Shown piece by piece: positions 41,895 through 51,512 of a stretch of 64,000 nt of DNA. The DNA is from an uncultured delta proteobacterium (GTDB lineage Bacteria > Desulfobacterota > RBG-13-43-22), in contig CAWJJC010000017.1 of NCBI GenBank assembly GCA_963843145.1, forward strand, positions 160,001 to 224,000, in the 5' to 3' direction. The notes below the pieces were generated by a model. It did no database searches, had not been told where the DNA came from, and worked only from the letters and a program-made list of their open reading frames with translations. The position numbers were made by a program, and so were the translations under genes. The stretch's first letter is position 1. The number at the start of each line of letters is the position of its first letter.

Positions 41895-42205
41895 TTATTT
41901 TCGTATTTAACCCACATGCCCGGGGGCAGGTATCCCAAGGCATAAAAAGGACAGTTTCCACTGTCATTGCGAGAAGCGAAGCGACGAAGCAATCCCCCAG
42001 TTAGTTTAGAACGATCCCGAAGCTCAATCGGGAGATTGCTTCGCTTCGCTCGCAAGGACAGAAGGATGTGGCGCTATTTTCGTACCATACCCCATGGCAC
42101 CTACGGCCACCCGCGAAGCGTGAAAATAGATTTCTCCGAACCTTGAACCTTACACCTTATACCGTGTGCCCTGCACCCGAACCCTGGACCCTATTTTCGT
42201 ATTAA
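41895..42205 (-). repeat. Family C tandem cassette array (2 junction repeats + half site; REP pair and heptamer cargo)
   Basis: Junctions at 41895-41950 and 42074-42129, half site at 42191-42205, REP inverted pair at 41963-42059. Confidence 0.75.
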
Positions 42206-43179
42206 CCCACCGGCCCCAACAACCGGTTCAGCCGTTCCCGCACCTCCAGGGCCTCATCCATGGTCCGCTTGATGAAATCGGCGACGGTAGGAATGTCGGT
42301 GATGCGGCCGATGACTTGGCCGGCCGGATAGATTCCCTCATTGAGGTTGCCGTCCGCCCAGCCGTGGCGGCTCAATTGTCCGGTGATCATGGGAATCAGT
42401 TCCTCCAATGTGGCGCCCTGGTGTTCCATTTCGATGATTTTTTCCGACCAGGGGGTTTTCAGAACTCGGGCGGGGTGCTGCAAGGATTCCATCACCAGCA
42501 CGGTTTCCGCTTCATGCGCGGCTACGATCTTTTCCTTGAAGGCCTGGTGGGCCGGGCATTCCTGGGTGGCAATGAACCGGGTGCCCATGTTCACGCCGTC
42601 GGCGCCGAGCGCCAGGGCCGCGACCAGCGAACGGCCGTCCGAAAAGCCTCCGCCGGCAATGAGCGGCACATCGACCTGGTCCACGGCCTTGGGAATCAGG
42701 ACCAGGGAAGTCACTTTTTCCATACTGGGGTGTCCGCCGCATTCGATCCCCACGACGGAGACGGCGTCCACCCCGAGGCGGGCCACTTTGGCCGCGTCCC
42801 GCACCCGGGCGCACTTATGGAAATGAATCAAACCGGCCTCGGAAATCTGCTGCCGATGGGGTTCCGGGTTGCGGCCGGCTGTCTCCAGGATCTTCACCCC
42901 GGAATCGATCACCGTCTGGATCAACTCCTCCGGCGGCCGGGGCATGAGCGCCGGGAAAAGCGAGACGTTCACCCCGAACGGTTTATCGGTCAAATCCCGG
43001 GTCCGGTTGATCTCATCGAGCAACTCCTCCCGGGTGGCAAAGGTGGCCGCCGGCAGGCAGGCCAGCGCTCCGGCATTGGCCACCGCCGCCACCAGTTCGG
43101 CCCGACTCAACACCTGCATGGTGCCACACTGAATCGGCACTTCGATCCCGAACAACTCAGTCATTCTGGTCTTGAACAT
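42202..43179 (-). CDS. Nitronate monooxygenase / FabK-like flavoprotein
   Basis: PFGVN, GIECGGH, IAGGGFSDG, GVNMGTRF and AGQVIG. Confidence 0.92.
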   Translation of the reverse strand: MFKTRMTELFGIEVPIQCGTMQVLSRAELVAAVANAGALACLPAATFATREELLDEINRTRDLTDKPFGVNVSLFPALMPRPPEELIQTVIDSGVKILETAGRNPEPHRQQISEAGLIHFHKCARVRDAAKVARLGVDAVSVVGIECGGHPSMEKVTSLVLIPKAVDQVDVPLIAGGGFSDGRSLVAALALGADGVNMGTRFIATQECPAHQAFKEKIVAAHEAETVLVMESLQHPARVLKTPWSEKIIEMEHQGATLEELIPMITGQLSRHGWADGNLNEGIYPAGQVIGRITDIPTVADFIKRTMDEALEVRERLNRLLGPVG

Positions 43180-43190
43180 GCTCCCTCCTT

Positions 43191-43531
43191 TAGTATGTAA
43201 ATAGAAACGAAATTGTATCTACACGGGGTGTTCTTTTTAGCTCTCGCCCGCTTCGCTCGAGTACGCCGAGGGCGCAGAGAAAGACGAATCTATTTTTTGA
43301 AAAATCGCTGAGACGCCGATTTTTTAAAAGGACTCACGCCTCCGGCGGGGTCTTGTTCGCGGAGCGGGAGATTTTTTTTGATTGCCGCCCCGCATTAGGC
43401 GGGGTCAGCGGCAATCAAAAATTAACTATTCTCTGCGATCTCTGTGTGCTCTGTGAGAGATCGTCTTTGTCTTTGGTTGTGACTGGGCGGTGTTAAGGAA
43501 CCCTGTCAATATTATTTTGAGACCGTTAATA
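43191..43531. repeat. ~300-bp structured repeat, family B copy 1
   Basis: Colinear with 55465-55754; nested hairpins; right end TTTGAGACCGTTAATA abuts the TetR stop codon. Confidence 0.8.
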
Positions 43532-44110
43532 TCACGACGGTCGCAAGAGCCGCTCAAAGATCATCCGGTCAAAAATCTCGTGCGGCCCGGTGCTTTTGGC
43601 CACCTTCATCTGCACCAGAGCCCCCTGCCAACTGGTGATGATAAAACCAGCCGTCTCCACCGGATCAATAGATTCAGGTATTTCCCCTCCCCGCCTGGCC
43701 TCCTCCAATTGGGCGGCCAGATTTTTTTTCATCTCCTGAAACACCCGGTTCAATTTCTTCCGGAACGCAGGGTTTCGGTCTCCCATTTCCAGGGACAGAT
43801 TACCGATCGGGCAACCGCCCATGAAATCGTTTTTGCGAAAAAGTTCCGTCTGCCAACGGAAGACCGCGCGGATCCGTTCCAGGTGCGGCAGGCTTTCGTC
43901 CCGGTAGGCCTTTTCCTGCCCGGCCTTCAAAACCTCGGCAAAAGAATCGATGAGCTGCAGGCCAAAATCTTCCTTGTTTTTAAAATGGAAATAGAAAGAC
44001 CCTTTGGGGACTTTGGCCGCCTCCAGAACTTCCGCCAGACCGGTATCGCAGAAGCCTTTTTCCAGAACAATCCGGGCGCCGGCCTTCAGAATTCGAGTTT
44101 TGGCGTCCAT
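43532..44110 (-). CDS. TetR family regulator (LmrA/YxaF/NemR-like)
   Basis: VPKGSFYFHFKNKE HTH, GCPIGNL.LEM and WQGA. Confidence 0.92.
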   Translation of the reverse strand: MDAKTRILKAGARIVLEKGFCDTGLAEVLEAAKVPKGSFYFHFKNKEDFGLQLIDSFAEVLKAGQEKAYRDESLPHLERIRAVFRWQTELFRKNDFMGGCPIGNLSLEMGDRNPAFRKKLNRVFQEMKKNLAAQLEEARRGGEIPESIDPVETAGFIITSWQGALVQMKVAKSTGPHEIFDRMIFERLLRPS

Positions 44111-44120
44111 AGGCAACTCC

Positions 44121-44838
44121 TTACCGGGGGAAATTCTCTTTGAGCGCATCGAGGTAGGCCGGATCCTCGGTTTCCATGACCCGCAGGATATTTTTGAAGG
44201 TTACGGCTTTCATGGTCCTCAGGATTTCCCGGGTCTTATTCTGGAACTTGGCAAAGGCCAGGGCCTCGGGGAACAGGTCTTTGACCGGACAGGCTTTGAC
44301 GACGACTCGCTGGACCTCCAGTTCCAAGGCGGTGTACCGCTTGCCGGTCAATTGGGCTTCCAGGACCATCGGGGCGGGCAGGGTTTTCTTCAGGATGGCG
44401 TCCATGCCCGGCAAAATGGTAATCCCCAGGTCCACTCCCGGAAAACAGAAATACCCTCGATCGGTTCGCATGAAGCGGAAGTCAAAGGCGCAGGCCATGA
44501 TGGCTCCCCCGGCAAAGGCGTGCCCGTTGATGGCGGCGATGGTGATCAGGGGAAAGGTCAACAGCCGCCGCAGAAACCGTTCCAGGCGGTCGGAGATACG
44601 AGAAGCCGCTTCCGGGTCCCGGGCCGACTCGGATTTCAGCCATTCCAGGTCCAGCCCGTTGGACCAGATCTTCTCGTGGGCGCTCTCAACCAGCAGCGCC
44701 GTGGCGCTTGGTCCGGGTTTCGATCTCATCCAATAGGCCCTCGAAGTCTTCCAGAAATTCGGGATTGAAGCGGTTTTCCCCGTTCTTCATGGTCACCACC
44801 GCTACCTGTTCCTCCAACCGGTACTCAATCAGAGACAT
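44121..44838 (-). CDS. Enoyl-CoA hydratase/isomerase (frameshift near 44706)
   Basis: NGENRF, WSNGLDL and AINGHAFAGG; close paralog of 44988-45704. Confidence 0.9.
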
Positions 44839-44913
44839 TCCTTACCCTCTCTCTCTATCCCGGACTGCTCCTGGTTGGCGCCTCGAACCGGACCCGGGGG
44901 TTTCTAGGGAGGC

Positions 44914-44942
44914 ATAGTAGACCAGTCTACTACTATTGTCAA
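44914..44942 (-). promoter_or_regulatory. Sigma70 promoter with TetR-type operator
   Basis: TTGACA-17-TACTAT; palindrome TAGTAGAC-CA-GTCTACTA at 44915-44932. Confidence 0.75.
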
Positions 44943-44987
44943 GTCCTATCGCCTTCGGGTATTCTGCCTCAACCATTGCTCCGCCGG

Positions 44988-45704
44988 CTAGCGGGCGAAG
45001 CCTCCCTTCAGCGATTGAAGATAGGCGGGATCGTCGGTTTCCATAACCCGCAGAATATTCTTAAAGGCCACGGCTTTCATAGTTTTCAGGATTTCCCGGC
45101 CTTTGTTCATGCTTTTGGCAAAGGCCAGGGCCTCGTTCAGCAGATCGCCCAGCGGACAGGCCTTGACGACGACCCGCTGGACCTCCAGTTCCGCGGCCGT
45201 GTAACGTTTGCCGGTCAACTGCGCCTCCAGGACCAGCGAGGTGGGCAGGGCTTTCTTCAGGATGGCATCCATGCCCGGCATAAAAGGGATCTGGATGTCC
45301 ACCTCCGGAAAACAGAAATAACCTCGATCGTTGCGCATGAAGCGGAAGTCGAAGGCGCAGGCCATGATCGCCCCGCCGGCAAAGGCGTGTCCGTTGATGG
45401 CGGCAATGGTGATCAGGGGATAGGTCAACAGGCGCCGCAGGAACTGCATCAAAAGCGAAGGAAACCGGGTGCCCGCCTCCGGGTCCCGGCCCACCTCAGC
45501 CAGCAGCCATTCCAGATCGATGCCGTTGGACCATATTTTTTCATGGCCACTCTTGACCAACAACACGGTGGCTTTGGTTCGGTGTTCGATCTCCTCCAGA
45601 AGGTCTTCGAAGGCCTTCAAAAAATGGGAGGTGAACCGATTTTCTCCGTTAGTCATATTTACCAAAGCCACATGGTCATCCAATTGGTATTCGAATAAGG
45701 CCAT
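44988..45704 (-). CDS. Enoyl-CoA hydratase/isomerase
   Basis: NGENRF, AINGHAFAGG and FPEVDI. Confidence 0.93.
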   Translation of the reverse strand: MALFEYQLDDHVALVNMTNGENRFTSHFLKAFEDLLEEIEHRTKATVLLVKSGHEKIWSNGIDLEWLLAEVGRDPEAGTRFPSLLMQFLRRLLTYPLITIAAINGHAFAGGAIMACAFDFRFMRNDRGYFCFPEVDIQIPFMPGMDAILKKALPTSLVLEAQLTGKRYTAAELEVQRVVVKACPLGDLLNEALAFAKSMNKGREILKTMKAVAFKNILRVMETDDPAYLQSLKGGFAR

Positions 45705-45753
45705 AGCGTTTTTTCCTTTCTCGTCGGTTAATGCCTGAAGCTGTCGTCCAAAA

Positions 45754-46629
45754 TCAGCTTTCTGAAAAAGGCGACCGGTCACCCAGGGACAGACTGGAAG
45801 CCAAGGCCCTGGCGGTCAGCGGGTTGGCCGCGAAGGGCGGCAACCCCAACTCTCCAATCACCTGACGGCATAACTCCATCAAATCTTCCTTTCCCGACTT
45901 CCTGGCCTTCAGCACCGCTTCGTGAATTTTCTGAAGGTAGGAAACGGCCTCTTCATATCTTCGCGTTATATTTTCGGCGCCCTTTACCGGGTCTTCCCAG
46001 GACGAACAGAGCGTTTCCACTTTCTCGATCTTTCTTAATTTGTTGATCGAAGAAACGCAATCCTCCAGGTTCTCATAAATTGGAAGATCCCCGGGAAGCG
46101 GCACGGCATCTCCAGAAAAAAGCACTTTTTCCTTTTCAAAAAATAGGGCGATCGATCCTTGAGAATGCCCGGGTGTATGAATAACCCGGCAAGGCACATC
46201 TTCTAAGGTCAGGGGCTGTCCATCCGCCAGCAGCCGATCGACGGTAACCGGTCCACCCACCAGGGTTGAAAATCCGGGTACCGGCCTCTCCTCCCTTTGT
46301 CGCTCCGTATCCTCAATCCAATGTTTTTCGGCTTCATGGGCCAAGACGACGCATCCGCTGCGTTCCTGTATCGCCCTGGCCCCGCCCAGGTGATCCGGAT
46401 GGGAATGGGAAAGAATCAGGGTGGAAATTTCCCTCGGGTCTCTTCCTGCTTTTTTGAGGTAATCAAAAATCAGGCTGCCCGATCCCAAAACCCCGCTGTC
46501 GATCAGGGTGATCTTTTCCCCAAAAATTAAAAAGACATAGACGAACCTGTCTAAAGTTTTATCCGCTGCAATTGGAATCTTAAAAGGAATTTTCAAGGCG
46601 TGCAGCCGTTCGCTGACTTCCATCTTCAT
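45754..46629 (-). CDS. MBL-fold metallo-hydrolase
   Basis: LIDSG, SHSHPDHLGG, TPGHS and SGDA. Confidence 0.92.
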   Translation of the reverse strand: MKMEVSERLHALKIPFKIPIAADKTLDRFVYVFLIFGEKITLIDSGVLGSGSLIFDYLKKAGRDPREISTLILSHSHPDHLGGARAIQERSGCVVLAHEAEKHWIEDTERQREERPVPGFSTLVGGPVTVDRLLADGQPLTLEDVPCRVIHTPGHSQGSIALFFEKEKVLFSGDAVPLPGDLPIYENLEDCVSSINKLRKIEKVETLCSSWEDPVKGAENITRRYEEAVSYLQKIHEAVLKARKSGKEDLMELCRQVIGELGLPPFAANPLTARALASSLSLGDRSPFSES

Positions 46630-46652
46630 CCTCCTGAGTGTATTTCTTTATT

Positions 46653-47264
46653 TTAACCCAAAAGCCTCCAACCTTCCTTAATAAGGGAAAAGGCGAAAAC
46701 CGCCAACAGGGCTCCCAGGATAAAAAGGATGCCCCGGTAAACCCTTCCGCTCAGCCATTGTCTGGACCTTCCGGTTATCCAGGCGGTCAGTATCTTAGCG
46801 CCGACGAGGCAGGTGAAAAAGGCAGGCAAAAATGCCAGGGAGCCCGCCGGGCTTACCGACCAGCCTCGGACGATAACCGGTCCTCCTACCGTCAGCCAGA
46901 ACAGATAGGGATGGGGGCTCAGGGCATTGGCGGCGACCCCTTTGGCCAATGACTGGGGAGCGACCCGGTCGGCCTCTTCCGGCAGCCGGGGAGCCCGAAA
47001 ATTTCCATAGGCCAAGTAGGCTACGAATACTCCGCCGACAATGGATATCACTCCCAGGACCGGTTGGAATTCTGTCAGTCGGGTGAGGACCAGCAGCGAG
47101 ATGAGAATGATCGGCAGATCGGTGATCAGGGGGGCCATCGCCACCTTGGCCCCTTCCCGGGTGCCGTGCTTCAGCGTCTGGGTAATGACCAAGGCCATGA
47201 GCGGTCCGGGCGAAAAACCCGCCGACAAACCATACACCAGACCGGCACTTATGGATGCAATCAT
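46653..47264 (-). CDS. LysE family transporter
   Basis: SPGP, NALSPHPYLFW, hydrophobic helices. Confidence 0.9.
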   Translation of the reverse strand: MIASISAGLVYGLSAGFSPGPLMALVITQTLKHGTREGAKVAMAPLITDLPIILISLLVLTRLTEFQPVLGVISIVGGVFVAYLAYGNFRAPRLPEEADRVAPQSLAKGVAANALSPHPYLFWLTVGGPVIVRGWSVSPAGSLAFLPAFFTCLVGAKILTAWITGRSRQWLSGRVYRGILFILGALLAVFAFSLIKEGWRLLG

Positions 47265-47395
47265 CTATTCAACCCACCCCTAAAGTCCCCCAATCCGAAA
47301 AATTCGAAAAAGACTTTTCCCGCAGACCAAGGCGGAATCTTGCTTGCATTTGAACAGCTTATCAGGTAGCGGTTAACTCCAACTATCATAGGGTG

Positions 47396-47510
47396 GTCAT
47401 TGCGAGGAGCGAAGCGACGAAGCAATCCCCAATAATCAGCTTGTTGCCAAGGGGGGATTGCTTCGCTACGCTCGCAATGACAAGTTATTCGACTTTTTGG
47501 GAGGTCATCA
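47396..47510. repeat. REP-like inverted pair followed by a family A right end
   Basis: GTCATTGCGAGGAGCGAAGCGACGAAGCAATCC / GGATTGCTTCGCTACGCTCGCAATGAC, then GACTTTTTGGGAGGTCATCA. Confidence 0.8.
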
Positions 47511-47514
47511 ATTC

Positions 47515-48525
47515 CTAATTCCTCCCGAGGCCCGGAGCCCAGAGATAATAAAATCCCGGCTGAAAGGTGGGAAACAGATCGGTCAGTGGCAGATCGATTA
47601 GCGACGGTTTCGCCGTGCCTTCACCTTGTCCCGGAGAGGCCACGCTGTAGATATTCTCGTCCGCCGAAGCGCTGCGGCGGTAAATGACGACTTTGGCATT
47701 CCCCGCCAGTCCGGCCTGCTTTTTGGCCTCCATCAGGGCTTCGGGCAGATAGCCGATTTTATCGATCAGCTTCAAAGCCAGGGCCTCTTCGGCCAGGTAA
47801 ATCCGGGCCGAGGCTACTTCCGACAACTGAGGCTGTTCAATTTTCCGATGTTGGGAGACCAGGGTTAGAAACCGTTTCCCCATTTTGTCGATCAATCCGG
47901 CAAAGATCTCCTTCTCGTCCGGACTGGTCGCCCGGAAGGGTGAGCCCATATCTTTATTCTTTCCGGTCTTGTTGACCTCGACCGTCACCCCGATCTTATC
48001 CATGAGGGCGGTGACCGTGGGCCGCAAGAAAATGACCCCGATGGACCCGGTAATGGTGGTGGGATGGGCATAGATGACGTCGGCCGGCAGGGAAACATAA
48101 TAACCGCCGGAGGCGGCTGTGTCCATCATCATGACGATGATCTTGACTTTTTTCCGTTCTTTGAAGGCCATGATTTCATGATAAAGGAGGTCACTGGCCG
48201 TGACCGTTCCCCCCGGGGAGGCCACTTTCAAAAGGACGGCTTTTACTTCCGGGTCCTTTTCGGCCAATCGAAGCTGGGCAACCACTTCCTGGACCAGGCT
48301 TGGCTCTTTGACGATCAGTTCCTTGCGGGGGGATTCGGAAATAAACCCCGTTATGGGAATGATCGCCACCTTCCCCTCCCCTTTTCCCTCCAGCACCCGC
48401 TCTTTCAGCGGTTTGTTCCGATCCGGCCAGAGATTGAAGTTGACGCCTCCGCAACCGGGAAGCAGTACGGCTATTAGAAAACAAAGCAACAGGCCTTTTA
48501 TTCCGGGGCTGACCTTTTTCCACAT
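47515..48525 (-). CDS. sppA: Signal peptide peptidase SppA (short form, lipoprotein)
   Basis: LLPGC lipobox, SPGG, AASGGYY and TGSIGV. Confidence 0.93.
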   Translation of the reverse strand: MWKKVSPGIKGLLLCFLIAVLLPGCGGVNFNLWPDRNKPLKERVLEGKGEGKVAIIPITGFISESPRKELIVKEPSLVQEVVAQLRLAEKDPEVKAVLLKVASPGGTVTASDLLYHEIMAFKERKKVKIIVMMMDTAASGGYYVSLPADVIYAHPTTITGSIGVIFLRPTVTALMDKIGVTVEVNKTGKNKDMGSPFRATSPDEKEIFAGLIDKMGKRFLTLVSQHRKIEQPQLSEVASARIYLAEEALALKLIDKIGYLPEALMEAKKQAGLAGNAKVVIYRRSASADENIYSVASPGQGEGTAKPSLIDLPLTDLFPTFQPGFYYLWAPGLGRN

Positions 48526-48566
48526 AAACCCTCCCAATTTCTTATTCGGATTTTAAAATTTGATCA

Positions 48567-49379
48567 TCAGTGAATCAAGCGCCGGCGCATCAGGCGCAGG
48601 GCCAGGGGCAGCGTGACCAGCGAGAATCCGGCCAGGTAAATCAGGTTCCAGAGTTGGCCGGCCCGATAAATCCCCAGGGCCGCCGGCCGGCATAATTCCA
48701 CCACGTGGGTGAGGGGAAAAAAATAAGCCAGCACCCGGGCCCAGGAAGGGAGCTGTTCGAGGGGAAAAAAAGTTCCGGAAAAAAGAAACATGGGCGTGAT
48801 AAACAGGAAAATGGGCAGGTTGAAAATCTCGATCGTTGGCACAATGGCCGTAAAGCACATACCGATGGAGCCGAAGGCCAATCCCCCCAGAAGCGCGATG
48901 GGGAGAATCTGCAGGACGGAAGGATAGGACAGGATCCCAAATCCGGTGAGGACCATCATCATGACCACCGTGGCCATGAAAGAACGGGTCGCCCCCCAGA
49001 CGATTTCCCCTAAAATGACTTCCTCCAAATTCAAGGGTGTGGCCAGAATGGCGTCAAAGGTTTTCTGGTAATACATGCGCACGTAGGAAGCGTAAGTCGT
49101 CTCGAAAAAGCTGTTCTGCATGATATTCACGGCCAGAAGCCCGGGGGCGATAAAAACAGCATAGCTCACCGTTTTCCCCTCCCAGGTGATCGAACCCACC
49201 AGATAGCCCAAACCGGCGCCAAAAGCCAGCAGGTAAAGGATAGGCTCCAGGATCGGGGGGATGAAATTAATCTTCCAGGTCCTGAGGTACACGTCCCAAT
49301 TACGCTGCCAGACCCGGATAAAGCGCCAGGAAATCGTTTTCGCCATTGAAGAAAGGGAGGAGGGATTGGACGGATTCAT
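48567..49379 (-). CDS. ABC-2 transporter permease (NodJ-like)
   Basis: FIAPGL, QKTFDAILATPL and FLFSGTFFP. Confidence 0.9.
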   Translation of the reverse strand: MNPSNPSSLSSMAKTISWRFIRVWQRNWDVYLRTWKINFIPPILEPILYLLAFGAGLGYLVGSITWEGKTVSYAVFIAPGLLAVNIMQNSFFETTYASYVRMYYQKTFDAILATPLNLEEVILGEIVWGATRSFMATVVMMMVLTGFGILSYPSVLQILPIALLGGLAFGSIGMCFTAIVPTIEIFNLPIFLFITPMFLFSGTFFPLEQLPSWARVLAYFFPLTHVVELCRPAALGIYRAGQLWNLIYLAGFSLVTLPLALRLMRRRLIH

Positions 49380-50287
49380 TCCCGCAATCCCCGGCCGGTC
49401 AGTTTCAAAAACACATCTTCCAGGGTGGCCAGGCGCAGCGTGCAGACACCGGCGCAGAACTCCTGGGAAATCCGGCGGAAGAGCCCTTCCCCATCCATCG
49501 TATAGACAAAGATGCGGTTGAGTTCCTGCTCATAATTGATTTGTTCCCCTTTTAAGAGGTCCAATAGACCCGGAGCCGGATCTTCCACCTCGATGACATT
49601 GCCTCCGATATATTGACGGACCAGATCCCTGGGCGCCCCTTCCACCAGGACCCGGCCCTGATCCATGATCACCAGGCGGTCGCACATCTGGGCCGCTTCA
49701 TCCATATAGTGGGTGGTCAACAGAATACATAACCCCTGGGCCTTTAATTGGCGCATCTTTTCCCAGAGTTGATGACGGGATTGGGGGTCTAATCCGGTGG
49801 TGGGTTCATCCAGAATCAACAGGGTCGGCGCGTTGATCAGTGCCCGGGCGATCACCAGACGGCGCAGTAACCCCCCCGACAGTTCCGGAATGCGGGCCTC
49901 CCGCTTAGGGGTCAGGCCGAAAAAATCCAGGAGTTCGGCCGCCCTTTTACTGGCCTCGTCCCGGTTCAAATTGAAATAGCGGGCGAAGACCAGCAGATTT
50001 TCCCAGACCGTCAGGTCAGGATCCAGGTTGTTATCCTGCTGGCAAACCCCGATCCGGGCCTTAATCTCCCGCCAGTGGCTGTGCATATCCTGACCGAAAA
50101 CCTTGAGCTCACCCCCGCCCATGGGCGAAAAACCATAAATCAGTCGGACGGTGGTGGTCTTGCCTGCCCCGTTGGGTCCCAGGATACCAAAGCACTCGCC
50201 CGGGTAGAGGGTAAATGAGACCTGGTCCACGGCCAGGAAGTCCCCAAATTTCCTGGTCAAATTTTTGGCTTCAACAACCGGGTTCAA
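49376..50287 (-). CDS. ABC transporter ATP-binding protein (NodI-like)
   Basis: GPNGAGKTT, LSGG, ILDEPTTGLDPQSR and TTHYM. Confidence 0.93.
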   Translation of the reverse strand: MNPVVEAKNLTRKFGDFLAVDQVSFTLYPGECFGILGPNGAGKTTTVRLIYGFSPMGGGELKVFGQDMHSHWREIKARIGVCQQDNNLDPDLTVWENLLVFARYFNLNRDEASKRAAELLDFFGLTPKREARIPELSGGLLRRLVIARALINAPTLLILDEPTTGLDPQSRHQLWEKMRQLKAQGLCILLTTHYMDEAAQMCDRLVIMDQGRVLVEGAPRDLVRQYIGGNVIEVEDPAPGLLDLLKGEQINYEQELNRIFVYTMDGEGLFRRISQEFCAGVCTLRLATLEDVFLKLTGRGLRE

Positions 50288-50299
50288 TAGTATTCCTTT

Positions 50300-50505
50300 T
50301 TGATGTGTTCGCAAAAAAGTCCGTCAAAGAGTGCTTGTCATTCTGAGTCCCGCGATAACGTGGGACGAAGAATCTCGTTTTTTTAATAGGTTGCAAGATC
50401 CTCCGCGGAATTTACCCTGAGCCAAAGACCGAGACCCTTCGCTTCGCTCAGGGTGACAGGCGAGAGGCTCAGGGTGTCAGTTTGGGACTTTTGGGGAGAA
50501 TATGA
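50300..50505. repeat. Degenerate family A ends enclosing nested REP-like hairpins
   Basis: TGATGTGTTCGCAAAAAAGTCC ... GTCATTCTGAG..GAAGAATCTC ... CCTTCGCTTCGCTCAGGGTGACA ... GGACTTTTGGGGAG. Confidence 0.65.
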
Positions 50506-50695
50506 CTATTATAAAATCAAAAATATTTTTACCTTACCAGTCGCCGAAAGAGCCTGTCAAGAATTGAGGTTTCAACCCCAGGGGAACTCAGCCCAAGGGT
50601 ACTTCAACCAAATTATAGATTTACTTAGATTTTAATTAAATAATAACTAGTTATAAGAATAATCTTAATTAAAAAATTATCTCCAGCCTACTGGT

Positions 50696-50828
50696 TAGAT
50701 TCTTATATCCATTGTTCTGAGAATTTATCTCTAACAATGGATTTAAAAATCTAAATTAAAAGACGTTATCTTTAAATCTGTTAAGTGGTTTTTATTGCCC
50801 CCAAAATATTTCAAATATTTTTGGCTAG
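50696..50828. repeat. Family D copy 2
   Basis: Colinear with 35554-35684. Confidence 0.75.
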
Positions 50829-50842
50829 GGTTAAGTGGAAGA

Positions 50843-51463
50843 TCAGTCGTTAAATTTTTTCCTTAGCCATTTCCAAGGGAAAAACATGGAAACCTTCTGC
50901 TGATAATCTCGATAGACCTGCCCATAAATACGCATTAACTTTCGTTCTTCGAGCAGGGCCCCGACGATGAAATAGACCGAGAGGATCACCGACATAATTA
51001 GAATGGGACGGTCCATTTTTTGGGCCCAAACCAGCAACATCCCGCCGCCGTACCAGGGATGTCGAACCATCCCCAGAATGCCCGACGATTTTAAAGCTCC
51101 CTGGGCCGACAAGAGACTGGTGGCCCGGGAATCCTTAATCTGCCGTAACCCCAGGAAGAACGGCAAGTCATAGGCCCGACCGCCGGCGACCATGGCCGCC
51201 AATCCCAGCAGGGCCATAAGGACCTGGACCAGGTAATAGGGCCAGGGCCAGAGTGCGCCTGTGATTCTGGACAGGGATTTGGTATAGACCCACAAGGGAA
51301 GCAGGGTCAGCAGGCTGAAGAGGTTATACCCCAAACGGTAATAAGCAAAATATCTCCCCCAACGGTTCTGGATTCTTCCGGTAACCACCGGGGTAATCAG
51401 GAGGCTGTGCAAGGTGCACCATCCCACCCAGAGTATTCCTAATAAAGCCAATCGAGAATTCAT
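50843..51463 (-). CDS. NnrU / isoprenylcysteine carboxylmethyltransferase-like membrane protein
   Basis: HSLL, VRHPWY and EERKL..YG..YRDYQ.KV. Confidence 0.85.
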   Translation of the reverse strand: MNSRLALLGILWVGWCTLHSLLITPVVTGRIQNRWGRYFAYYRLGYNLFSLLTLLPLWVYTKSLSRITGALWPWPYYLVQVLMALLGLAAMVAGGRAYDLPFFLGLRQIKDSRATSLLSAQGALKSSGILGMVRHPWYGGGMLLVWAQKMDRPILIMSVILSVYFIVGALLEERKLMRIYGQVYRDYQQKVSMFFPWKWLRKKFND

Positions 51464-51512
51464 GCTCCTAACAATAAGACATCGCACCCGATATTAAAAG
51501 TGGGGCGCCTGT

